DNA of 64,000 bases, from the NCBI GenBank assembly GCA_035308565.1, contig DATGGK010000038.1:19023-83022 (forward strand). The letters run 5' to 3'. The notes under the pieces were generated by a model. It was given only the letters and a program-made list of their open reading frames with translations, did not search any database and had not been told where the DNA came from. Source of the DNA: Planctomycetota bacterium (GTDB taxonomy: Bacteria > Planctomycetota > SZUA-567 > H5-PLA8). The first letter of the stretch is position 1. Each line of letters begins with the position of its first letter. Shown here in pieces: positions 52,793 to 61,129 of this stretch. Position numbers and translations under genes: made by a program.

Positions 52793-53262
52793 TATTTATA
52801 TTCCACCTTCAATATCTCAAACTTCACCGCCCCTTTCGGCGTGGGCACTTCGATCGTGTCGCCGACTTTCCGCGTCAACAGCGCCTGTCCCATGGGACTG
52901 GTCGTGAGGATGCGGTTGCTGAACGGATCGTTCTCGCCTTCGCCGACCAGCGTGAATTCCTCGATTTCGCCGTCCGTGAAGCATTTCAGCTTCACCGTCG
53001 CGCCGAAGACGATCGCATCGCCGCCGATTTTGGATTTGTCCACGATCGCGGCGCGGCCGATCTTGTCCTTCAGGATGCGGATCTGGTTTTCGAGCATCGA
53101 GAGGTCTTCGCGCGCCGCATGGTATTCGGCGTTCTCGGACAAGTCGCCCTTCTCGCGCGCTTCCTTAATCTGCAGCAAGACCTTCGGGCGGCGCTCCTCA
53201 TGAACGAGCAAATCCGCCTTCAGTTTGTCGAGACCCTCTTGGGTCATCGGCACGGTAGACAT
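52792..53262 (-). CDS. greA: Transcription elongation factor GreA
   Basis: MTQEGLDKLKADL...DLSENAEYHAAREDLSMLENQIRILKDKI and a C-terminal FKBP-like domain. GGAGAG SD. Confidence 0.93.
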   Translation of the reverse strand: MSTVPMTQEGLDKLKADLLVHEERRPKVLLQIKEAREKGDLSENAEYHAAREDLSMLENQIRILKDKIGRAAIVDKSKIGGDAIVFGATVKLKCFTDGEIEEFTLVGEGENDPFSNRILTTSPMGQALLTRKVGDTIEVPTPKGAVKFEILKVEYK

Positions 53263-53299
53263 GTTGCTAACTCTCCATTATTCTTAAATCTTTAAACGA

Positions 53300-53402
53300 C
53301 CATTTGTCATTTGGCAGTTGTCATTTGTGAGTTGTCATTTTCGTTGGTCTGCGGCACCAATAACAAATGACAAGTCACAAATGCCAAATGACAAATGATT
53401 TG
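53300..53402. repeat. Heptamer-stem hairpin, atttgtc family, copy 2
   Basis: ccatttgtcatttggcagttgtcatttgtgagttgtcatttt faces aacaaatgacaagtcacaaatgccaaatgacaaatgatttg. It shares catttgtcatttggca and ccaataacaaatg with the copy at 39802-39930. Confidence 0.8.
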
Positions 53403-53408
53403 TAGCGG

Positions 53409-54611
53409 CTACGCATTCAACAACTTCTCCAACCGTCCCAGCCCCTTCTCAATCAACTCCATGCTCGTCGCATAGCTCAACCGCACATGCTGCGACGAAC
53501 CAAACGCCTCGCCCGGCACCACGGCCACGCCCGCCTGCTCCAACGCCACGGCGCAGAAGTCCATCGGCGTCTTCACCGTCACGCCGTTGATCGTGCGGCC
53601 AAAGACGCCGGACACATTCGGAAAGCAATAGAACGCGCCGAGCGGTTCCAAACACTTGACGCCATTGAGCTTGTTCAAGCGCGCATGCATCAATTTGCGC
53701 CGCGCGTCGAACTGCGCTTTCATCGACGCCACCGCCGCATTTGACGTTTCCGTTTTCACATACGCTTCCGCCGCGCCGGCTTGGCTGAACGCCGCGGGGT
53801 CGCTGGTGGCATGGCCTTGGAATTTCGAGATGGCTTTCATGATCTCCGCCGGCCCCGCCGCCCAGCCGATACGCCAGCCAGTCATGGAGAAGGACTTCGA
53901 ACAACCGTTGACCGTGAAGACCTGATTTTTCAATCCGTCAACCGCCGCCAAAGACAGAGGTTGTATGTCTCCGTAAATCAAATGCTCGTAAATCTCGTCC
54001 GAGATCGCCAGCACGCCAGTCTCTTGCAAAACTGCACCTAGTGCGCTAATCTCGGCTGGCGTGTACACCGTCCCCGTCGGATTCGACGGACTGTTGTGCA
54101 TGAAAAGCCGCGTGTGCGGCGTGATCGCCTTACGAAGCTGCTCGGCTGTGATCTTGAACGCGGTCTTTTCATCCGTGCTCAAAATCACCGGCTTCCCACC
54201 CGCCAGCCGCACTTGCTCCAGATAGCTCACCCAATAAGGAGCCGGGATGATGACCTCGTCGCCTTCGTCCACCACCACTTGCAAAATATTGTAGAGACTC
54301 TGCTTCGCCCCGTTGCTGACGACGATGTCTTCGGGCTTGTACTCGAGGTTGTTCTCGCGCTTGAGCTTCTCGACGATGGCTTTCTTCAATTCCGCGCCGC
54401 GCTTGGCCGCGTATTTCGTATCGCCGGACTTGATCGCCTTGCACGCCGCCTCGCAGATGTGCTCCGGCGTGTTGAAATCTGGTTCGCCCACGCCGTACCC
54501 AATGATGTCCTTGCCTTGAGCCTGCAACGCTTTCGCTTTCGAATCCACCGCCAGCGTCGCGCTCGGCTGCACTTCGCAAATGCGGCGCGCCAGTTTGTAA
54601 GAGACCGCCAT
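53409..54611 (-). CDS. Pyridoxal-phosphate-dependent aminotransferase (aspartate/prephenate aminotransferase class I)
   Basis: MAVSYKLARRICEVQPSATLAVDSKAKALQAQGKDIIGYGVGEPDF, NPSNPTG, and SKSFSMTGWRIGW (PLP lysine). ATG 54611 follows AAGGA. The track start at 54740 is over-extended. Confidence 0.9.
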   Translation of the reverse strand: MAVSYKLARRICEVQPSATLAVDSKAKALQAQGKDIIGYGVGEPDFNTPEHICEAACKAIKSGDTKYAAKRGAELKKAIVEKLKRENNLEYKPEDIVVSNGAKQSLYNILQVVVDEGDEVIIPAPYWVSYLEQVRLAGGKPVILSTDEKTAFKITAEQLRKAITPHTRLFMHNSPSNPTGTVYTPAEISALGAVLQETGVLAISDEIYEHLIYGDIQPLSLAAVDGLKNQVFTVNGCSKSFSMTGWRIGWAAGPAEIMKAISKFQGHATSDPAAFSQAGAAEAYVKTETSNAAVASMKAQFDARRKLMHARLNKLNGVKCLEPLGAFYCFPNVSGVFGRTINGVTVKTPMDFCAVALEQAGVAVVPGEAFGSSQHVRLSYATSMELIEKGLGRLEKLLNA

Positions 54612-54692
54612 GTCGTTTTCCTTATGTGTCAAAAAAACACCCGCCGCGCCAACCCGTGAGAATCGACGCGGCTTCTTTTTCCGAATCAGTGC

Positions 54693-54724
54693 AAAAAAAA
54701 GCAAGACCGTCCTTTTGGACGGTC
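54693..54724 (-). terminator. Rho-independent-terminator-like hairpin plus U-tract, oriented on the minus strand, upstream of the aminotransferase start
   Basis: Minus-strand RNA: GACCGUCC-AAAA-GGACGGUC (54724-54705), then UUGC and eight U (54700-54693). There is no minus-strand gene immediately upstream of it. Confidence 0.5.
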
Positions 54725-54937
54725 CTGCGTAGCGATACACTACCTTATTTTTCTCACTGGCGCAAGAGCTTAGTCGTGATTTTTTTGATCGAACGCCGAG
54801 GTGGCTTATAAAACTGCACGATGTGTTGAGCGGGAGCGTCCGGGATTTTCCTGTATAAATGGAATGGTATTATTTCCCAGCCCACGCACACCCTTTGCTT
54901 CCAAGTGATCCAGGAAATCAGCGGAAGGGAGATCCCT

Positions 54938-55156
54938 ATGCGCAGTTCAATTCTCATCGGCGTATTGCTCATCGTTCTCGGCGTCGCAGCACTTTCCTAC
55001 AACGGCTTTAGGTACACGAAGCAAAAGGAAGTCTTCCACGCCGGCCCGATCAAAGCCTTCGAAGACAAACACGAAACCATATCCATTCCGCCGATCCTCG
55101 GAGGCATTGCCATCGCCGGCGGAATCGCGCTCCTTATATTCGGCCGCCGCGGATAA
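54938..55156 (+). CDS. Small two-TM membrane protein
   Basis: ATG 54938 follows GGAAGGGAGA. MRSSILIGVLLIVLGVAALSY...PPILGGIAIAGGIALLIFGRRG. AT-richer local composition. Confidence 0.55.
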   Translation: MRSSILIGVLLIVLGVAALSYNGFRYTKQKEVFHAGPIKAFEDKHETISIPPILGGIAIAGGIALLIFGRRG

Positions 55157-55389
55157 AATCGCCTCCTCTTAAACTAAATTAAATTGCCACGGTCCGCGTC
55201 TCCGCGAGAAAATAAATCGACGCGCAGACAATGGCATCCCCCAGTTGAGTCCCAATCAGCCTAGTCCAATAAGCTTAGGCACATTGAGGTATGAAAAAAC
55301 TTCATTTTTTGGTAGCTTTTATGCCCGTTGTGCAGTCATAATGTGGACAGGAATGCACGATGTTCCTCTCTCAATAAAGGACTCGCCCT

Positions 55390-56199
55390 ATGACCAAGCT
55401 TTTCGCGCTGATCGCCTGCCTCTCATTCTCCTTCGCCACTCTTCGAGCCGACGATGGCAAGGACCTCGAAATCCAAATCTCCGCGCCGCTTCAAGCTGTT
55501 GATGCCGTCAACAACACCGTCACCGTTCTAGGCCTGACCATCGCCGTGCCGGCGTCCGTGCTGACCGATGGCGTCGCAGCCGGGCAGTTCGTCACCATCC
55601 ATTTGGCCAGCGACACCGCGCCGCTTGCCGCCGTCTCACTGTCTCTCAGTGGTGCCTACGCCAGCGCCGTCACAGTCCAAGCGCCGCTCCAAGCCGTGGA
55701 CGGCTCCGCCAACACCGTCACCCTGCTGGGCCTCGCGATCGACATCTCCTCCGCTGCCATCTGCGGCTGCAACGACAACAGCACCCAGACGACGCCCTGT
55801 CCCGTGTCGGCACTCACCGCCGGCCAAAGCGCCGAAGTGGTGCTCGATTCGTCCAAGCTGCCCGCGCTCGCAGCGCTCAAAGTTGCGGTGAAGAATTTCA
55901 CGAATCAAGTCGGCGTGGTGCTCTGCGACGGCCACGGTAACGAAATCGCCGATCCAAACGGCACCAGCATCAACGTCACGCAATCCTTGAAAGTCAAGGA
56001 TTCACTCAGCGGAAAAATGTCGCACAAAACCGTGAACCTGCATTCCACGACCACCGGCGGCGATCTTAGCCTCGCCGGCCTGGCCCCAGGCCGCGCCACG
56101 TTCACGATCACCCGCAACGGCAAAACCTTCCGCAAAACAATCACCGTCGGCGCCAACGACTCCGAAACGCTGAAGGTGAAAGTACCAGTGAAAAACTAG
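55390..56199 (+). CDS. Secreted repeat protein (DUF5666-like duplicated motif plus Ig-like C-terminus)
   Basis: Signal peptide MTKLFALIACLSFSFATLRA. Duplicated APLQAVD..NTVT(V/L)LGL(T/A)I motif. C-terminal beta-rich region. Confidence 0.6.
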   Translation: MTKLFALIACLSFSFATLRADDGKDLEIQISAPLQAVDAVNNTVTVLGLTIAVPASVLTDGVAAGQFVTIHLASDTAPLAAVSLSLSGAYASAVTVQAPLQAVDGSANTVTLLGLAIDISSAAICGCNDNSTQTTPCPVSALTAGQSAEVVLDSSKLPALAALKVAVKNFTNQVGVVLCDGHGNEIADPNGTSINVTQSLKVKDSLSGKMSHKTVNLHSTTTGGDLSLAGLAPGRATFTITRNGKTFRKTITVGANDSETLKVKVPVKN

Positions 56200-56200
56200 G

Positions 56201-56326
56201 AATCAGGAGTCAGGAGTCAGGAGTCAGAAATCAGAAAACCGCGACGCGGTTTTGCCGCCTACCCCTACTCCCCACTCCCTACCCCCTACTCCCTACGCCC
56301 CACTCCACCCCTGCCCCTACTTCCCC
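56201..56326. repeat. Two different heptamer arrays flanking a small A/T-flanked hairpin between convergent genes
   Basis: (caggagt)n at 56201-56234. aaaaccg-cgacg-cggtttt at 56235-56253. (ctac[ct]cc)-type C-rich array at 56259-56326, running into the 3' end of the 755-aa gene. Confidence 0.7.
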
Positions 56327-58584
56327 TTCTTCGGATTATTGGGATCGTTCGGATTGCTTGGATCGTACGGAGCTCCCGTCTTCGGGTTCAGCGGCCAGTT
56401 GTTCGGATTATTTCCAGTGGGCTTTTTGTTGCCCCGTTCCGCCGCAGCATCCTGCTGAGCTTTCAGGCGCGCGGCGCGCTCAGCATCCAACTTCGCTTTG
56501 CGTTCAGCTTCCAACTCCGCTGCCGTGTTGCTGTTCGCCGGCGGATTGTTCGCGTTGCTGTTATTTGCCGGCGGATTGTTGCGACCATTGAGCCGCGACT
56601 GGCGGTCCGCTTCAAGCTGTGCGCGCTGTTTGGCGGCCAACTCGGACTGCGCTTTGATGTTGGCTTCGCGCGCGGTGCGGTCGGCGTCGAGCTTGGCCTT
56701 CCGTTCCGCTTCCGAGGCAAGCTGCTTCGCTTCAACGTCGTTCTTCGCCGTGGCCTTGGCTGCGGCAATCTTCGCAGCCTGATCCTGGCGCGCCTTTTGG
56801 GATTGCAGCGCCGCATCGCGCTGAGCCTGTTCGCGGGCGGCGCGTTGAGCGGCGAGCTGCGCCTTGGTTGCTTCCGCGGCTTTCAGCGACTCCGTCGTCG
56901 CCGTGGCGCGTGCCACGCGGTCGCGTTCCGCCGTCAATTGATCAGCCAGCTTGCGCTGCTCGACAGCCTGCTTCTGTATCGATTCTTTCTGTAAGCGCGC
57001 GTCTTCGGCGCGTTTGCGTTCGTCGGCCAGTTTGGCGGCCAGCGCCGCTTTTTGCTCCGCCGTATTGGCCGTCGCCATCGCCTTGTTGATCTTCATTTGC
57101 TCAAAATCGGAACGTTTCGCCGCGGCTTCTTCGATCCGTTCGGATTGCCCCAGCAACATCTCCTGGCGGCGCGCGTCCTGCGTGGCGAATTGGCGTTCGC
57201 GCAATTCGTCGGCGCGCGCGGCCGCGGCCAGCACTTTCGGATTGGCCACGGGCGTCACGTGCGCTTCGTATTTGGCCAGTTGCAGCGCCGCGATTTCTTT
57301 CGGAGAGACAATCGGGCCTTTGTTGACGTGCGGGCGATACACGGTCAGCACGCCATTGCGTTCAAACGTCCCGCGGCCAAGAATTGCCCCGGCGCGAACC
57401 TCGTTGTCGGCGAGACGAACCTGAATCAGGTCGTGGTGCGTGGCGGCGATGACCAGTTCGGCGCGCGGACCGTGCACGAAAATCGCGGCCCGGTCGTAGG
57501 TAATGCTGTTTTGGATAATGACGGTCTGGCGGTAGATGGCGTAGTGGCGTTCCGGCGGAACGAGGAACGCGGTGAAGCTGACATCCACAAAATGTTCGCG
57601 CGGCACGAAGGCATAATCGGCATAGCCAAGACCGAAATCGTAGCCGGCGCCAATGTTCAAGCCCCAATTTCTGCCGCCGATGTGGAAGCCCACCCCGATA
57701 GCGGCGTCGGTTTCAAAACGCGCGGCCGGCGGCAGCGGCGCCCAACCCCACACCGCATCGCTTTCGCGCCAGTTCACCCACGCCGGACCCCACACCGTGT
57801 CCGGCGCCCAAAGCCAGCCGTACCCCGGCGCGCGGAACCAGCGCCCATAATGAAACGGCGCCCAGCCCCACGAATAATCCGACGCCCAGCACCAGCCGCT
57901 GTCCGTCCACACCCAATGCCCGCGGTGGCAGTACGGCCGCCAACTCGGATCGCCCGCGCACACACTGGGTTGCCAGCACCACGTCCCGTCAATGTCCACC
58001 CAGGTTCCGTAAGGCGTCAGCGTTTCGTAGAAATGTGAAATCGTGCAGTCGGTGCACGCCTCCACCGGCGTCGGAGCCGCCACCGTTTCGCGAACTGTGT
58101 CTGACGCCGTAATCAATTCCGGCGTGCTGCTGGTGTCGCCGGTGAGCGGCGAGGCGTACGTGACAGGCTCGGTACCCTGCGCGTTTGGATCGGCCGCAAC
58201 CGCCGGGTCCACCACGGGCGTCGGTGCATTGGGGTCCGGCGCGTTGGGATCGGCCACAACGGGAGTCGTGGTGTCGAGCGGCTTGAGATTGGCGTCGTCA
58301 GCGACGACAACGGGCGCTTTGCCCGCGCGGATGTCGTTGCCGTGATCCATGATCGATTGGATCATCTTATCCGAAACGCCGACGTCGCGAAGATACACGA
58401 TTTCATCGATGCCCAGTTGATACGCCACCGGTGACGCTTGAATAAAGGCCAGCAGGACATCATCGCCCACGCCCGATTTGGCGAGCTTGGCGATGTCGTC
58501 AAATCCCTCGGACCCAACCGCCAACCCGCAGCTTATCATAAGACCCAAAATGGCGCTCAAACACAGTGCCCACAGTGTACGCAT
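56317..58584 (-). CDS. Secreted Trp-rich domain protein (DUF6600-like) with long TolA-like A/K/E/Q coiled coil
   Basis: Signal peptide. YGTWVDIDGTWCWQP...HWVWTDSGWCWASDYSWGWAPFHYGRWFRAPGYGWLWAPDTVWGPAWVNWR. About 250 aa of AAKLADERKRAEDARLQKE-type coiled coil. N/P-rich tail. Confidence 0.7.
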   Translation of the reverse strand: MRTLWALCLSAILGLMISCGLAVGSEGFDDIAKLAKSGVGDDVLLAFIQASPVAYQLGIDEIVYLRDVGVSDKMIQSIMDHGNDIRAGKAPVVVADDANLKPLDTTTPVVADPNAPDPNAPTPVVDPAVAADPNAQGTEPVTYASPLTGDTSSTPELITASDTVRETVAAPTPVEACTDCTISHFYETLTPYGTWVDIDGTWCWQPSVCAGDPSWRPYCHRGHWVWTDSGWCWASDYSWGWAPFHYGRWFRAPGYGWLWAPDTVWGPAWVNWRESDAVWGWAPLPPAARFETDAAIGVGFHIGGRNWGLNIGAGYDFGLGYADYAFVPREHFVDVSFTAFLVPPERHYAIYRQTVIIQNSITYDRAAIFVHGPRAELVIAATHHDLIQVRLADNEVRAGAILGRGTFERNGVLTVYRPHVNKGPIVSPKEIAALQLAKYEAHVTPVANPKVLAAAARADELRERQFATQDARRQEMLLGQSERIEEAAAKRSDFEQMKINKAMATANTAEQKAALAAKLADERKRAEDARLQKESIQKQAVEQRKLADQLTAERDRVARATATTESLKAAEATKAQLAAQRAAREQAQRDAALQSQKARQDQAAKIAAAKATAKNDVEAKQLASEAERKAKLDADRTAREANIKAQSELAAKQRAQLEADRQSRLNGRNNPPANNSNANNPPANSNTAAELEAERKAKLDAERAARLKAQQDAAAERGNKKPTGNNPNNWPLNPKTGAPYDPSNPNDPNNPKKGK

Positions 58585-58783
58585 GATTCTCCCTTCAAAA
58601 GGTGATTGAATTCAGTCTACAACATCCAAAAGGCTTACGCAAACAAGACGTTCTCGCCCTTGATACATTCGGCATTTTTCAAAAAATAATGCAGCAGGCA
58701 CACGCTGTGCATAACGGTTTCATTGCACGCGCCGCGCGGCATAAGTGTATGTATTTGCGGCAGATTATGGAGGAGAATCCCAC

Positions 58784-59269
58784 ATGCGTTCAGTATTCGC
58801 GCTCTCTTTTGTCACCTTGGCGTTCTTCTTCTCGTCAGTGGCCTACGCCGGCGGCAAAGGGAAAAAAGGCAATAAGAACAATTCCAATGATACGATCGAA
58901 TTCATTCTCGAACATTCCGCCGATTTGAAGCTGACTCAGGAGCAAATTCAGAAACTCCAAGCGCTGCAAGCCGCCGAGGAAAAAGCCATGGGCGATCCGG
59001 CGGTCGTGGCGATCATGCAAAAAGTGAAGGAAGCGCGCCAGGCCGGCAATCAAGCCGGTCTCGCCGAACAACGTGACCGCCTCAACGACAAAATCAAGCT
59101 GATCACCGGCGGGCAATTCGGATTGCTGGGTGTCGAACTCAACAAAATCCTGACCGCCGACCAGCAAACGACGTTGGCCGCGTTGCGCAAGAAAAACGCG
59201 CCCAAGGATGGCGCTGCGCCCGCCGACCCCAAAGCGCCGGACAAAGGCGTGAATCCGTTCGACCTATAG
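58784..59269 (+). CDS. Periplasmic Spy/CpxP-like LTxxQ-motif protein
   Basis: ATG 58784 follows GGAGGAG. Signal peptide MRSVFALSFVTLAFFFSSVAYA. LKLTQEQIQKL and LTADQQTTL motifs. Confidence 0.6.
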   Translation: MRSVFALSFVTLAFFFSSVAYAGGKGKKGNKNNSNDTIEFILEHSADLKLTQEQIQKLQALQAAEEKAMGDPAVVAIMQKVKEARQAGNQAGLAEQRDRLNDKIKLITGGQFGLLGVELNKILTADQQTTLAALRKKNAPKDGAAPADPKAPDKGVNPFDL

Positions 59270-59413
59270 CCGACGCCCCCCATTCATTTCCTGGCATCGG
59301 TCCCAGGGCCTTTCATTTCCGAATTCTGGCCCCAGCGCGTGCTTGGCCAAATCGCACGAACTCCCTTTGGCCCATTGGACCTATACGCCCTATTTACCCG
59401 CGCCGAAGAATAG

Positions 59414-59443
59414 TTGACTCGAAGGCTGCGAACACGGTATCAT
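59414..59443 (+). promoter_or_regulatory. Sigma70-like promoter placing the TSS at or next to the dapF ATG
   Basis: TTGACT (59414-59419), an 18-nt spacer, TATCAT (59438-59443), then 7 nt (ctcaatc) before ATG 59451. No SD is visible. Confidence 0.45.
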
Positions 59444-59450
59444 CTCAATC

Positions 59451-60278
59451 ATGAAAACTGCCATCCCCTTCGTCAAAATGTCCGGCACCGGCAACGATTT
59501 CATCATGATCGATAACCGCGCCGGCCTGCTCAAAGAGGGCGACGCACCGCTGCTCGCAAAGGCCGCCTGCCCGCGCCGCGTGAGTGTCGGCGCCGACGGC
59601 GTGATCCTGATCGAGAAACCCAGCAAGCCCGGCCACGATCTGCGCATGCGCATCTTCAACGCCGACGGTTCCGAAGCCGAAATGTGCGGCAACGGCTCGC
59701 GCTGCTTTGCGATTTTTGCGGCGCAAATCGGCGCAGCGGGACGCGAACAGAAAATCGACGTAATTCCCGGAACGCTGAACGCCGTCGTCGCGCCCGATGG
59801 CCTATCGGCGCGCGTCCAGCTGTCGCAGCCGTCGCGCATCGAGAAAAAAACGGCCGTCAAAGTTTTCGACGACAGCGTGGATTTGTATTTCGTGAACACC
59901 GGCGTGCCCCACGCGATTCAATTTGTCGTTGACGTCTCAAAAATCGACATCCGAAAAACCGGCGCGTGCATCCGCTACCACGACGTCTTCAAGCCCAAAG
60001 GCGCCAACGCTAATTTCGCGCAACTTCTCGGCAACAACACAATCCGCATCCGCACCTACGAACGCGGCGTCGAAGACGAAACGCTGGCCTGCGGCACCGG
60101 CGCCACCGCCGCGGCCATCGCATCAGCCTTCGCGCACGGCTTCAGATCGCCGGTGAAAGTCCTAGTCGCCGGCGGCGCGCTGACGATTCATTTCGAATTG
60201 AACGGCGATCAAGCGAGCCGGCCGTATTTGGAAGGCGGGGTGGATACGGTTTACAAGGGTGAGTATTTCTGGCGATAA
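59451..60278 (+). CDS. dapF: Diaminopimelate epimerase
   Basis: FVKMSGTGNDFIMID, the first catalytic Cys in MCGNGSRCF, and the second in ETLACGTGATAAA. Confidence 0.93.
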   Translation: MKTAIPFVKMSGTGNDFIMIDNRAGLLKEGDAPLLAKAACPRRVSVGADGVILIEKPSKPGHDLRMRIFNADGSEAEMCGNGSRCFAIFAAQIGAAGREQKIDVIPGTLNAVVAPDGLSARVQLSQPSRIEKKTAVKVFDDSVDLYFVNTGVPHAIQFVVDVSKIDIRKTGACIRYHDVFKPKGANANFAQLLGNNTIRIRTYERGVEDETLACGTGATAAAIASAFAHGFRSPVKVLVAGGALTIHFELNGDQASRPYLEGGVDTVYKGEYFWR

Positions 60279-60383
60279 ATTCAAAATTCAAAATGCAAAA
60301 TTGAACAGCGTGGACTCGAAGATTTTGGCGCGAAGCGCCGCCGCCGTTAATTTTGAATTTTGCATTTTTAATTTTGAATTTAC
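60277..60383. repeat. Heptamer-stem hairpin, aattcaa family, between convergent dapF and fabG-like genes
   Basis: aaattcaaaattcaaaatgcaaaattgaac faces gttaattttgaattttgcatttttaattttgaatttac. The loop holds ggcgc-gaa-gcgcc. The arms overlap both stop codons (60276-78 and 60380-82). Confidence 0.85.
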
Positions 60384-61129
60384 AGCCCGCCCGTCACTTC
60401 CAGCACCGATCCCGTAATATACGCCGCTTCCTTCGACGCTAGAAATAGCACGCAATTCGCCACATCCTGCGGCGCGCCGAATTTCTTCAGCGGGACTTGC
60501 TCCACATATTTCTCGCGCAGCTTCTCCGGCAAATCGCCGATCAATTCCGTCGAAATAAATCCCGGCGAAACGCAATTCACGGTGATGCCGCGCGTGGCAA
60601 CTTCCTTGCTCAAACTTCGCGTCAACGCGACTTGCCCCGCCTTCGAGGCCGCATAATTCGCCTGTCCTTCGAATCCAAATTTGCCGCAGGGCGACGTGAT
60701 ATTAACGATGCGTCCGTAACGCTTCCGCATCATGGAAAGCACCGCGAATTTCGAGACATTGAACGTGCCCGTGAGATTGACATCCAACACCGCGCGCCAA
60801 TCTTCGGACTTCATCATTGCCAGCACCGCATCCTTGCGAATGCCGGAATTGTTCACCACAATCTGCAAGCCTTGCGGATGCAGCGTCTCGAATTCCTTGA
60901 ACAGCGCCTCAACCTGTTCGTAAATTGAGACGTCGCATTTTTTAAGAATCAAACGCTCCGCATGGCTATGCAGCACCTCTTTCATTTTCGAAGCCGCGCC
61001 ATCGTTGCCCCCGTAAACGGCGATCACACGCGCGCCCGCATTCAAGAACGCTTCAGTAATAGCGCGACCGATGCCCCGTGTGCCTCCGGTGACGAGAACG
61101 GTTTGGTTGGTGAAATCGAATTTAACCAT
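60380..61129 (-). CDS. fabG: 3-oxoacyl-ACP reductase-like SDR
   Basis: [33 protein letters not shown], and [12 protein letters not shown] at the C-terminus. ATG 61129 overlaps the upstream stop (ATGGTTAA). Confidence 0.85.
   Translation of the reverse strand: MVKFDFTNQTVLVTGGTRGIGRAITEAFLNAGARVIAVYGGNDGAASKMKEVLHSHAERLILKKCDVSIYEQVEALFKEFETLHPQGLQIVVNNSGIRKDAVLAMMKSEDWRAVLDVNLTGTFNVSKFAVLSMMRKRYGRIVNITSPCGKFGFEGQANYAASKAGQVALTRSLSKEVATRGITVNCVSPGFISTELIGDLPEKLREKYVEQVPLKKFGAPQDVANCVLFLASKEAAYITGSVLEVTGGL

Noticed and set aside
56235-56253. aaaaccgcgacgcggtttt as a strong bidirectional intrinsic terminator
   Set aside because: A sterically possible fold has only about 7 bp, four of them A-U, so it is weak. 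I kept it only as part of the repeat description.
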